Positions 49,455-61,672 of a DNA stretch of 64,000 bases are shown one piece after another. This stretch comes from Takakia lepidozioides (Eukaryota; Plantae; Bryophyta), in assembly GCA_030704615.1 (NCBI GenBank), contig CM060732.1:61318001-61382000 (forward strand). Reading direction: 5' to 3'. The notes beneath the pieces were generated by a model, which did no database searches, had not been told where the DNA came from, and saw only the letters and a program-made list of their open reading frames with translations. How positions within the stretch are numbered: the first letter of the stretch is position 1; every line of letters begins with the position of its first letter. Made by a program: the position numbers and the translations under genes.

Positions 49455-50690
49455 TGGGCAGACCTAGAAAAGGGGGAAGAGGTGCATGGTGACATTGTCA
49501 AAAGCTGAAATTAATGTACCTTATGTCATTATGAATAGTGCCCCCTGGTGGACAGGTCTGCCAAATGCGGGTGCATAGAGGATGCAAAGGGAGTGTGGGG
49601 AAAACCTGGAAAAGGGGGAAAAGGTCCATGGTGACATTGTCAAAAGCTGGAATTGTACCTTATGTCATCTGAACAGTGCCCTGGTGGACAGGTCTGCCAA
49701 ATGCGGGTGCGTAGAGGATGCAAAGGGAGTGTGGGGCAGACCTAGAAAAGGGGGAAGAGGTCCATGGTGACACTGTCAAAAGCTGGAATAGTGCCCTGGT
49801 GGACATGTCTGCCAAATGCGGGTGCGTAGAGGATGCAAAGGGAGTGTTGGGCAAACCTGGAAAAGGGGGAAGAGCCATGGTGACATTGTCAAAAGCCGGA
49901 ATTGTACCTTATGTCATCTGAATATTTCCCTGGTGGACAGGTCTGCCAAATGTGGGTGCGTAGAGGATGCAAAGGGAGTGTGGGGCAGACCTGGAAAAGG
50001 GGGTCCATGGTGACATTATCAAAAGCTGGAATCGTACCTTATGTCATTCTGAAGAGTGCCCTGGTGGACAGGTCTGCCAAATACGGGTGCGTAGAGGATG
50101 CCAAGGGAGTGGGGGGCAGACCTGGAAAAGGGGGAGGAGGTCCACGGTGACATTGTCAAAAGCTGGAATTGTACCTTAAGTCATTTGAACAGTGCCCTGG
50201 TGGACAGGTCTGCCAAATGCGGGTGAGTAGAGGATGCAAAGGGAGTGTGGGGCAGACCTGGAAAAGGGGGAGGAGGTCCACGGTGACATTGTCAAAAGCT
50301 GGAATTGTACCTTTTGTCATTTGAACAGTGCCCTGGTGGACAGGTCTGCCAAATGCGGGTGCGTAGAGGATGCAAAGGGAGTGTGGGGCAGACCTGGAAA
50401 AGGGGGAAGAGGTCCAGGGTGACATCATCAAAAGCTGGAATTGTACCTTATGTCATTATGAATAGTGCCCTGGTGGACATGTCTGCCAAATGCGGGTGCG
50501 TAGAGGATGCAAAGGGAGTGTTGCGCAGACCTGGAAAAGGGGGAAGAGGTCCACGGTGACATTGTCAAAAGCTGGAATTGTACCTTGTGTCATTCTGAAT
50601 AGTGCCCTGGTGGACAGGTCTGCAAAAGGGGGAAGAGGTCCAAGGTGACATTGTCAAAAGCTGGAATTGTTGTACTTTGTGTCATTCCGA
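49455..50690 (+). repeat. Minisatellite of about 9 copies of a ~136-bp unit derived from PPR coding sequence
   Basis: GGCAGACCTGGAAAAGGGGG recurs at 50115, 50251 and 50387 (period 136). The unit translates across a frameshift to LEKGEEVHGDIV / KAGIVPYVI.NSALVD.SAKCGCVEDAKGV. Confidence 0.92.
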
Positions 50691-51559
50691 GAGTGCCAAA
50701 TTATCTAGGGAAGGAAAATCACTAAGGGATACATTTCACCCCGTTCTTCCCTCTTATTAGAATTGGCCCTAAAATTCCATGTTGAACTCTGCAATTCCCA
50801 ATGCCCTTTATTACTTAGGCTTTCACTTCACGGAGCAACTTACATCTGTACTGGCCTTGAGTTTTATTGACAGAGCAACACATACTCTTAGTGCTCTTTA
50901 TCATTAAAATATACAGAATCTACTGGCATGGTTCTGTTGACCGGCCATAGATAAGAGTATACATTGTACCATTTGGTGGTTAATCCAAAGATAACATTAT
51001 ACATCTGAAAACCCCGGACTCTTGGAGATAAGATGTCTTGAACAATACATTCTGATTCAGAACTGAAACCATGGTACTATTTAGTATTTAATCAACATGG
51101 TAGGTAGCTTAAAAACTACTCCATAAACTGGCTCAATTTAATAGTATTATGGAAGATATGTGGTGTTCGAGGGAAACACAATTACAATGAGCAGAAAGTC
51201 TTTGACAATCTTATCAAGGGAAAATAGATATTTTTTAATTAATTAATTGGATTTTATTCTGTTTCTAAATGAATAAACTTGATATAATGTAAAAACATAC
51301 ATATACATATTTGAGGGTATTTTTTAATGATTGAAAAGGATATACATATAGAAGGGGGTACTTTTTTAAAATTGTAAATTTTTGTATATGTACAGGAGAG
51401 GGTTTTATAATCCTCAAAAAGTATGTATAGAGGGGGTATAAATTATCCAAGGACCTGTATACAAGGGGTTTTTTTATTAGTCGGCGAACGCACGTGATAC
51501 GCTCATTTTATAAAAAGTGCACCCCCCAGACTATACTGCAGGTCAAAGTCCACTGTAGT

Positions 51560-54500
51560 AATGCCAACATTGTTCTGCTGAGTGGATTCAGGATGTGCTA
51601 TATCTAAAGGTATTTGTGGCAAGGGTGAGGTCCACTACCAATCTCTGCTTCTCAGCAGATGTAGCAGTGGGGGGGGAAAGGAATTGCCTCTCTCATTTTC
51701 GACAATTCGTATGTGCCAGGGGGAATCGGCGTCGCATGTTGAGTGTCACCTGCCCTAATGACCTGCATTGGCAGGGTCTGCTCGAGTTGGAATGGTGAGG
51801 CGTCCATACCTGCGTCCTGATGCACTTCCACCGTGGTGTTCTCAGCCAATGTGGCAGGCACAGATACATCCAACACGGTCTGCTCTGGAAGGTTTTCCTC
51901 CCGCACGGACTTCTCAAGGAGGGTATGCTCCTCCAAGGTCTCCTTGGGAAAGGTCTGCTCTGGGGAGGTATGCTGGTCTACTGGTCCAGGGTCTGCCAGT
52001 GTCTCGCTTGCGAAGGTCTGCTGTGTGTCGGTATGCTCTAGCAATCTCTGATGTGACAACATGTCATCCGGAACGGTCTACTGTGGCATGGTCTGCTCTG
52101 ACATGGTCTCATCCGGAAGGGTCTGCAAAGACAAACTCTGGGCTTGATCTGGGAAGGTCTGCTCCGGAAAGATCTCCTGGAAGATTTGGTCTTGCCCACT
52201 AATATCGGCAGACCGCCGTAACTCGGTCTCTGTTGGTAAGGTCTGCTCCTGCACTGTCTCCTGAGTGAACGTCTGCTTTAGAAAGGTCTGTTGGGGCAAG
52301 GTCTGCGGCACCAAGCTAATGCCACCCAAACTAGTCTGTCCGAGTCTGCCCAACGATTGCTAGAAAATGGCTTCGGACATGGGATCTCATATCATGTGTG
52401 GCACGCGGGGAGTACTGAGAATCTAGTCGGGGGTCTGCTGCTCCTTGTTCTTCACTGACATGGTCTGCTGGTTCGCATCGTGGTACCTCGCGTTTTCCTG
52501 TGAGGGGTCTGCTCGGTCCATGGTCTGCTCACTAACCTCCTATTGGGTCTCCATGATGTTTGGTTTTTGTGATGGGTTTGTTGTTGCATGCACTCCAATG
52601 AGCTTGCATTTAACGGGTGAGTCCACGCCAAAATGGCCCTGAGAAGCTGCCTTGCGCCACTAGCATATTGGTCAAGGGCCTTGCGAACAACCTCGTCCTC
52701 GGGGTCGTACTCTGCAGCAAAGACAACAACATTGTCAGCCACATACCACTCATCCACATAGGGGTCTGTTGCTCCAAACAAGGTATGCTGCTTCAAAGAA
52801 GGTCTGCTACCAGTTCCTACAAGGTCTGTTGGTCTGCTACTTCGAACAAGGTCTGCAAGTCTGTTGGTCTGCAAATATGACAGAACGTTAGTTGGTCTGA
52901 CATACCATGATCAAAGACTCTCGTCCACAAGCCAATATATTTTCATGAGGCGATCCATGAAAACCTTATCAAGCTCTCCCAATGCCGTGAGGCGGTCCTT
53001 TGTTGGAAACCCGTTTCTACAGCACTTAGAAAGCATGTGCTTTGTGGAAAACTATGTCGAGGACTGCTCGCTCCTACACACTCACAAACCACAACATGAC
53101 GTCTTGCGTAACACTTTCCCGACAATCCTGGCTTCCGCCCAGCAGGTCCATCTGCAGATTTTGAAGGTCCTTCTTCAATTTTGTATAAGACCTGAAATTG
53201 CCAAATTGCATCCACTAGCGCCGGAGAAAAGACACTGCCATGTCCTCGAAAACACTCTCTGTCAAGCTGACAAAGTGTTTGGGATGAATACCAAATACTG
53301 GGTGGGCGATGGACATGTGCCTTATCTCCACTGGGCGAGGGTCGTTCATGAGGAAAAGCTGTGCGAGAAGCGGTGGGTCGGTCTCTTCTCCCAGAATCGC
53401 CACTCCGTAATCTTGTGTTTTCTCCAAAAGACGGCGACCTTCCTTTGCGGTAAAGCTCATTATACCAGTCCAGATGCCGATTGCTTTCCCCACAACGGAA
53501 CTTAGGAAGGGTAGGGTCCTCCTCATCTGACGCAGACCGCTGTGGAGGTCGCTAGGGGGCCCCAAATGGGAAATTAGTGCCGGTCTGCTGCCGGTCTGCC
53601 GAAGCATTACGAAGGTCTGCTAGAGGACGGGTCACAGAAGAAAGGTCCACTGAACCGGGTCTACTGGACAGACCCACAGTATGCGATGCAGGATGGACCT
53701 GTTGGACTAACGGAGGTGGCCGAGGTCTGCTGCCGGGCCGCTCGCACTAATTGCTGCAATAGCATCGGCGGACTGTGGATATAGACTGAGGATGTACTCT
53801 CGAATATCCCTAACCTCGTTCCGGACAAGTGCATTTTCCAAGGGAGGACCGTTGGACTTATGCTTCCAGATTTGCAAAGCTTTGTGAACGCGGTTGTCCT
53901 GAGCGTTTGACTCTTGAAACTAAACAATATATTTTAGCCCACGGAAAAAAAGAATGCAGACCGGAACTTAGACTTAGGTGGCAGACCTGCAGACCATATC
54001 TGGTAGACCGGAACTTATATGGGCGAGAAGTAGACCACAACAGCAGACCACAACAGTAGACCATGACTGGTAGACCAGTAGACCATATCTGGCAGACCGT
54101 TTCTTATATGGGAGGCCAACAGACCACAACAGTAGACCAGAACAGTTGACCCAGTACAGTAGACCAAGCAGAGTATACAGCTTAAGAAAACACGGGGAAG
54201 ACCCTATAAAGAGGCTGTAAAGTACCAGCATGCCGTTGTAGTCTTCATCCCGTGGGCACGATCGTGCCTCCACCCACTTCCTCTCTGCTGTGTAAATGGT
54301 TCCCTATCTTACATAACCATACAAAAACGGGAAGAGCTGCGGATCTGATTCTTGTGGGCACTCGGAAGGCAGAAGGCCATGTGGAAGGAGGCACAATGTG
54401 CCAGGGCGGACATGAACGTCATCGAGGGTCTTCTGGTTGAGGGTTTGCTTCTTCGGTTTGATTGAGGGTCTGCTGATTGGGTCTGCTTGAGGGTCTATTT

Positions 54501-57100
54501 CCTCCATGGGGGTATCCGAGTCAAGGTTTATGTCATGTACCGGCGGGGCGTACCCAATGGGGTTTGAGACTAAATACGGTCTCACGATTAACTGCGACAG
54601 CTCCGTCGTCATGTCCTGCACATCTCCCTCTTCATGGGACTCTTCGTCACTATAGACATTCTCACTGGATGACAGAGTTTCAACAACATGGTCTGGTCTG
54701 CTGGCCTTGGTCTGTTGGGACGGTCCTGCTTGCACTTCACTGGTTGTCACTATCTCATCTCGTGGTCTGCCGGAGGCACTCGCAGACCTGTGGCTTTTGC
54801 GCTCTACATTCTTTTTGGCGCCATCACTGAGCTTCCTTTTCTTCACTGGCACATCGCGGCCGGGGCCTAGCAGACCTGCTTGAGTGTGATAATGCTATCG
54901 CACTTCATCGACAGACCGGGCGACGGCAGATGCACCTCTCAACTTCATGACGATTTCTTTACCAGCCTTTGAAGAACTTGGCTTGAAATTGTCGGGGACG
55001 ACACCTTTGCATCCTCCATCAAGGACATGGCGGTTAAGAGTCTCTTTGTCCTTCACGATATCACGGCGAAAGGGGCACTGAAAACGATCCTTCGGCCATT
55101 TTTCTTTCTCCTTGTCTATGCACAAGTCCACAAATGCTTCTATTATTTTAGCGTCGTAGTCATTTGGCTCATACCAGTACCTTCTCTTTGGCTTGTTGCG
55201 GGGGCATGCACATATTGCACCCAATCCGGTCCACCCTTTGGACACGCTTCTTTTATGGCTGCAATATCAGCAGGAAGAGTGTCAGGGACGGTCTGCTCAA
55301 AGCAATTACAGAAGCGGGAGTGAGGATGCGTTGAAGGTGAAGAAGGAAGATGAAGTTCATACCTTCAGATCGGTCTCCGGCAATGATGGCAAAACGACCT
55401 TTCAGGAAAGGGCGGGATCTTTGCTTCTCAGTCGGCAAGCCTGTACACAAGAATCGTCGCGTTACTTTGGAAGGCACCAACCGTGACCCTAAACCCACAG
55501 TGTGTAGAAGGAAAGTGGAAAGACGCGCAAGACGGAAGAGGAGGAAAAGGCGAGTGGCCCAGCGTAATGGCTCGCTGCACGAAGAGGCGGATGCACACGT
55601 GCGGAAAGCGCCACATACGCCATCCACGCGGCCGCGCTCCATTGGATAGGCGCCGAAAACATGTAATGACCGCGCGACGCAATAATGGCCGCAGTCAGGG
55701 TCTACTGTCCTGGTCTGTCCTAAGTCTCCGCCACACTGCCAAATGGGTCTGCAGCATGGGTCTGCCACCGGGTCTGCCACATGGGTCTGCCACATCTGTA
55801 ATGTCACACTGGTCTGCCACACAACTTAGCCACAGTGGTCTGCCACAATGGTCTGCCATACTGGCGGCCTGCCACACTGGCCTGTCGCAATGGTCTGCCA
55901 ATGATTGACTATATTGATTCATATAATGAGCAGACCCATAATCTACTACAAAACCGTTTCTTGGCTGGTCTGCTGTGCCGGCTATATGGTCTGGTCTGGT
56001 ATGGTCTGCTCATGTATCCTCCTGGTCTGCCCATCTCGTGTGCCCTCTGTCCGCATTTCTGTCCCCATCCGTTCGACCATTTGAATGGTCCCCTCATGAG
56101 GTCTGTCGATCCCCGCACTGTCATGCTAACACATGGAAGGTCCACTAGTTCGGTGTGCAATAAATTCCGCCAAACATTCACACTGGCCCGGTCCCGCGGC
56201 TGGGTCCACCTGCAAACAATATTCAAGAGACGAAACTCGGGAGCCAATCTGAATTTTATACAGCCAACCATGCACATATGCTTCTGCCATTTTTGCAATG
56301 CTATACATGGCATATGGAGGACAAGCCTCAAAGAAGACAATGTGATGCCGGAAAGGCCGATTCACGATTGTTGTCCATTAAAATGAGTCCTACTGCCGGT
56401 TCTTAGATCAGAGCTACATACTTCCATTCAAGTCTGTAGTGTAAACTCAATGTAAACACCGACGTCTTCCGCGCCCTCATATACAGTCCCATCAATAGGC
56501 AAACAACAATGCAAAAATAGTAGAAGCATATGAACAAATGAGGCTGTGGCTTGAAACGGTGGACTCCGACGTTGGCACGGGAGTCCACGGCTCCTTCACG
56601 CTGAGTCTTCCAGATGTCAAACAACCAACAACATACAGCGAACAACAAACACCAAAAGGCAGGGGACGAGGGAAGTCGAAAGAGGAGGAAACACAAAAAA
56701 AAGCAAAGGGGTGGAGATCGGCGAGTGCAATGCCATGCCCTAAATCCGGACGGTCTGGATACAACCGCGTTTGGACGGGCAGATGCACGCCACGTCTGCG
56801 CGGGTCTGCTGTGCTGTGGGGGTTCGTCGTGGTCTGGTGGACGATATGCAGACCCACCGGAGGCGACCCGGGTGGACCTCCGGGGGCTGCCATGCCCGCG
56901 GGTGGGGGACTGCTGTCCGTGGGCCGCGTGCGCCGCGGACGTGCAGGGTTCCGACCGCGCTAGGCGGGCGCGGGGGGAGACCCCTGGCCGTGCGGCCTGC
57001 AGGTGAGACATAAACTCCCAATTATTCAAAAATGAGAGGCAAAATGAAAGGCATGCCTTAAAATTGCTCAGGTGTAGCCAATTAGTGGCTGACACCTAGA
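51560..57100 (-). mobile_element. Decayed GGTCTG-rich element, probably a DNA-transposon derivative, with broken minus-strand coding fragments
   Basis: Same CAGACC/GGTCTG motif richness as the 42.5-48 kb MULE. Fragments include a SWIM-like QCEC...SMC*H (~56120-56200), a Cys/His segment (54895-55245), a basic NLS-like MPVKKRK, and EQTFP-type repeats. Multiple stops; no termini identified. Confidence 0.4.
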
Positions 57101-57527
57101 ACATGGACCAAACCCTGGAACTCCGAGACTGGCAACAACAAGTCTGCGGCCGCCTCCTCGCTCGCAGTCGACTGCGAGACTGGGGCTCCGCTCAAGCATC
57201 ACAGTGTTAGTCTCGCACAGAATCGAAGTCTTGGAGCTGAACAAGTCTGAATTCGGGAGGATAGTACTTAGTACTTACCTCAAATGCTACCCGCTGGCCT
57301 CGTGAGCGGTGCTTTTGTGTCTCTGTGCTCAACTCTGTCACCGCTATTCTCTCTCCTTGACCCCGTGATCACTTCGATTATCTGTTGTAGGTAGGCTGCA
57401 TATGTCTATGTCCTGAGAGTCTACGCAGTTCTTGGGTGTCTGCTGGAAATTCAGTTGTGCCTACCACTGTGCAGGAGGCGGAGCTGGTAAGATATTCGCA
57501 GTTTCCTTCTTAGAGGTTTTACTCTCT

Positions 57528-57528
<1 letters not shown>

Positions 57529-57561
<33 letters not shown>
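57529..57561 (+). repeat. Poly(G) tract (33 nt)
   Basis: Uninterrupted G homopolymer. Confidence 0.95.
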
Positions 57562-57562
<1 letters not shown>

Positions 57563-58427
57563 CGCGCTTAGTATTGATTTCCTAGATGTCCAAACTATAC
57601 TGACCTTTCTTGTGTATATGAGAGTCTGGCATCTCTAATGTATTTAAGCAAATTAATGATCAACTTGTTCAGTATCTTTGTTTCAGTTCTGTGTATGCTG
57701 TGATTGATCTAAGAGGTTTTCAGCGCTTTGTATCATAGCGCCCCCCACCCCTGTCGTGACTACGGCTGAAGGCGAGGGATGCTGTCTCCTGTCCTCTGTT
57801 CCCGTGCAGCTGCCTTAATGCTTCAAGTCATGTTGCCCTGCGTTATCCGCATGCTTTCGATCAATGTCAGTGAGGTTGCGATGAGGTTGTGAGGGGCTAC
57901 ATCATTGAAAAATGATTTCCTTCCTCGTCAGAGTCTATTTTTGTTTTTGAGAGGTCCACATAGTTGGCACTTCCAACTTGTGAACATGGTTCTGGTGTTG
58001 AGTCCCAGCAACTTTCTGTGTACGACTCCCTCTCAAAAATCTGGAGTTTTAGGATTGAAAGACGTAGTTCTTGCAAGTCTTAACTACTAGAAGTTGACAA
58101 TGTTTCTTGTAGCAGACCTACTTCCACGACATATGGAAGAAGGGAGGGGTATGAAGATGTAGTTCAGATTTGTCATAGGAATGTATGCACTGTCGCACCC
58201 GCTTCAGAGGTTCTCAAATCCGAATATGTCGTCACCAGCTGTCTTTTGAGACATCCGAGTCATTGCGTTTGTCTACCCGTTCAGCAGGCCTTCCCCAAAT
58301 TCCATGAGACGGAACCCAGGCTAAAAAAAGCTTGGGATTTTCTCCAACATTACCGACAGTCTTCATGTTTGCAATCCTATTGTCTTTCTTTAGTGTAGTT
58401 AGAAGCAAGGAAAAACAAGCTGAGGGT

Positions 58428-58792
58428 GGAATTGTTAAAGTAGCAGGCCTCCTGCCATGTGTCTAGGCCAATGATGAAAAAATGCGGATTTCTTTGAAGC
58501 CTTTGAAAAAGGCTAGGGATGTCTACACTTATACACACCCTGAGGCTTTTGTTGGAATTGTTCAATGTAGCAGGCCTTCTGCCATGTATCTAGCTAGGAG
58601 GAAGGCCAATGATGAAACAATGCGGATTTCTTTGAAGCCTCTGAAAAAGGCTAGGGATGTCTATACTGTTACACCCCCTGAGGCTTTTGTTGGAATTGTT
58701 CAATGTAGCAGGCCTCCTGCCATGTATCTAGCTAGGAGGAAGGCCAATGATGAAAAAATGCAGGCTAATTTGAAGCCTCTGAAACGGCTAGG
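58428..58792 (+). repeat. 138-bp tandem repeat (~2.6 copies), in frame within a 137-aa ORF of unknown nature
   Basis: GTAGCAGGCC recurs at 58440, 58567 and 58705; the ORF repeats MRISLKPLKKARDVYT.T.PEAFVGIVQCSRP.AMYLARRKANDE. Confidence 0.85.
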
Positions 58793-59783
58793 TTTAATTG
58801 AACACTGCCAAACGTGCTCAAGAAATGGAACACTCACAGCAAAGATTGAAAGGCGGCTTGTAGGTATGAGTGGGTTGACCATCTCAACCAACTGACATGT
58901 TCAGTAAGTTCAACTTATCAGTGGGTTGAGATGTTCAGTTGCATGGAGTTGCAAGAGTTTGCTCTATCTTGGTACCAACCCACTAACATGGAGAGGCGAA
59001 GGTGGGTTTCCTGGGGGAGGAAGAAGGCTTGGGCATTGATACTGTGCACGCAAGTTTCAGTTGCAACAGTTGTGAATTCATGTAAGTCCTGCTTTATCTT
59101 CTCACCGTGGTGTTGTGCGGAGAAGGCAGAACGTTTTGGGAAAGGATCGTAGACAAGCTTCATGTGCAGTGTCTCCTCTACCAAAGGCTTGTGAATGTCC
59201 AATGCAGAATGATCTCCCTATTGCCGGTGATGATCACATATTAACGACAGTGTGACAAGACAGAAATTGGAACGGGTTTTATTGAGCGAGGCATTATAAT
59301 GCCCAAAGAATTCTTGATTGGACCACAATGGTAGTCCGATTTACAATCAGAAGCTCGCAATTCAAAAGCCTACAGTATTTGTCTGCAAAGCGCTATCCGC
59401 TTTCTGCCTCCCCCTTCCTTCAAGGAGCTTTCTCGCTACCACGCAGAATTCTGTACAAAATCTCTTTCCCTCCAAAGAAGTAGTCGCCTTCAATGCAAAG
59501 GACGACCCAAACCAATTCTCCTTCGAAAGGGCTTCTGCATACGTCGCCACATAACACTCATCCGAATGCAAGGGAGCAATTCCTGAGTTTCAAATGGGAG
59601 TAATAAGCCTCCCCAAATCTCATATACTAACTAACACAACCGTCCGACCTCCATACCGTTCCACAAGCACAACAGATGTGCGAGAAGTGCATGCATCCTC
59701 TGGCATAGTGATTGCCGGAGTAAACGCACAAAAGAAGTCTCTCTGAACCTCTCCATGGATGCCTAACACAGCAATTATCCACT

Positions 59784-60032
59784 TCACTTCTGGGTTCTCT
59801 TTTGGTATTGGCCCTTGATCCACCGGATGCCTGTCGAGGTGCCTTCCTTGACCTTTTGAGCACCTACAGTGACCGCAGCCTTGGTTTTAACCAAGCCAAT
59901 GCTTGCAGCTTCCTTCATCTTCTTCGTGGTATTTCCTTTCTCCCCATCGGCGTGCTGCTGTTTCGTCTTCTCCTCATTGAATTTATAATCCCACTGGTCA
60001 GCCCAGCTAGTTCCAGGGTTTTCCGATCCCAT
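59784..60032 (-). CDS. Small (82 aa) uncharacterised plant protein of the SWADQWD...WIK.KY.K type
   Basis: MGSENPGTSWADQWDY...GLVKTKAAVTVGAQKVKEGTSTGIRWIKGQYQKRTQK resembles a conserved small land-plant family (recalled, not searched). Intronless; ATG at 60032. Confidence 0.8.
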   Translation of the reverse strand: MGSENPGTSWADQWDYKFNEEKTKQQHADGEKGNTTKKMKEAASIGLVKTKAAVTVGAQKVKEGTSTGIRWIKGQYQKRTQK

Positions 60033-61637
60033 TTCTTCCCTCTTTATCTCCCAAAATTTGTTCAAGAGAAATCGCTGGAAACAGCTTCTCTGCCGCCGCT
60101 GAACAAAAGCACAGATCACCACGAGCAGAACATACAGGGACCGAGCAAGCCAGAAACACTAATCGATCAGAACCAAACCCAATTCGACCACCGCCTCCGA
60201 TCGTCCGACTGCGTGCAGATCTCACACTCCCCGCCCTTGCCTTTCTGTAAGCACACCGATGCTTGTGATCACGCCGCAGGGAGATATGGGAAAGGCACCG
60301 CTGCAATCCCCAATCTTCCCGTTCAAGTAATCTCCAAATCTGGAAGCCGCACAGGAAGGCCGCCCTGCACGAAGACGATGCAGCTTCCGGGAAGCGTGCC
60401 AAGAATCTCTTCTCGTTCCTTCTTCATTCTTCCACAACGAGACTCGGCCTCGTGCGCTTCCCAGATCTCTCGGACACGTTCTATGGGTTCTGTGTGAGAA
60501 TATGACATGTTCTCAATGGCCATAGAGTTTTGCTTTTAGTTAGTTTTTCTACAAAAACAAATCATATAAAAATAAAATAAAATAAAATAATATTGTTTTT
60601 GGCGAAAAATCGCCAAATGGCGACCTCAAAACATTAGAATGGAATATTCTGTCGTGAATTCCCAATTTTTCCATGGATGAAATCGCCAAACTTCTACAGA
60701 GAAAAGCAAATAATGGATGAATTTGCCAAATATGGATGATATAAATGGATGAAAGTACATAGGAGGATGATTCTATCCAAATCTTCAATCGATGAACATA
60801 ATATCTAGCTATTTCCTGTAAAACTTAATAGCCATAGACGCAGTTATTTTTGAATAAACCATAACTACTTTATTTGAAAAAGAGGGAAAACTATTAAAGC
60901 CCTCAAAGAGTCAAAGACATTGAAGGAGGGCACACTGAAGAATTTTTTAACATAAAAAGTGCCTAAAGGACTTTCTTTTCTTTTTCTTTTTTTGGTTAAA
61001 AGGGGACATTAAATATGAGATAAGTTAAAACCCTTGGCTCTTGCCATTATATTCTTTTTTGTTTTTGTCTTAAAAATACTATTTCAGCACTATTTCTCTA
61101 AATTTGTTTTTACAAAATTAGAGTGAGATGAAAAAAGAAGGTTGCTTCTGGTCGATTCAAGCGTAATTTATGTTGTCACTTCATCCGGTTTGAAGATAAA
61201 CATCTTTTCACAACCGCAAAACAATTGCCCAAACCTCTCCCAAGGTACACTATAGTTATGGTAATATATGTGGCTTTGAGCCCGACCACTCAGTTTTCAT
61301 TTGTGAATTCCAATTACGAGAACTTTTTAAGAAAAACGAAAAATGAAAGGCCACAGAAAGGCCATAGAAAGGCCAGAATTTGAAGTGATAGGCAAGGAAA
61401 AATTAACCTCGCATGACATGCCATGGAGGCTGAGAAAAGAGACACCGCCCCCTGACTTTTTCTTTACTCTCTAACTTCAAGTTAATCTTGGTTTTAACGT
61501 TTTAAGTTTTAACACGAATCCTGGTTTTTATTTTCAATTTGGAAAGGGCCATTCATTTCTTTTTAATTTGACTGCAAAGTTAAAATATTTTAGTTTTGAA
61601 AATTGCATAACAATTCTCATCAGTGTAGGTATATGTG

Positions 61638-61672
61638 AGGTGGTTGTGGGTTCAAATCCCGAATACCACATT
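61638..61672 (+). mobile_element. Fragment of the tRNA-derived SINE-like family (B-box region)
   Basis: GTGGTTGTGGGTTCAAATCCC is nearly identical to 38938-38957. Confidence 0.4.

Noticed and set aside
49455-50690. CRISPR-like regular array
   Set aside because: The units are wholly repeated with no unique spacers, derive from PPR coding sequence, and the context is eukaryotic with no cas genes.
56403-57095. Several overlapping ORFs of 80-230 aa
   Set aside because: A GC-rich patch with few stop codons; no recognisable domain.
59802-60497. 231-aa plus-strand ORF
   Set aside because: Antisense to the small conserved gene and its 5' region; no motif.
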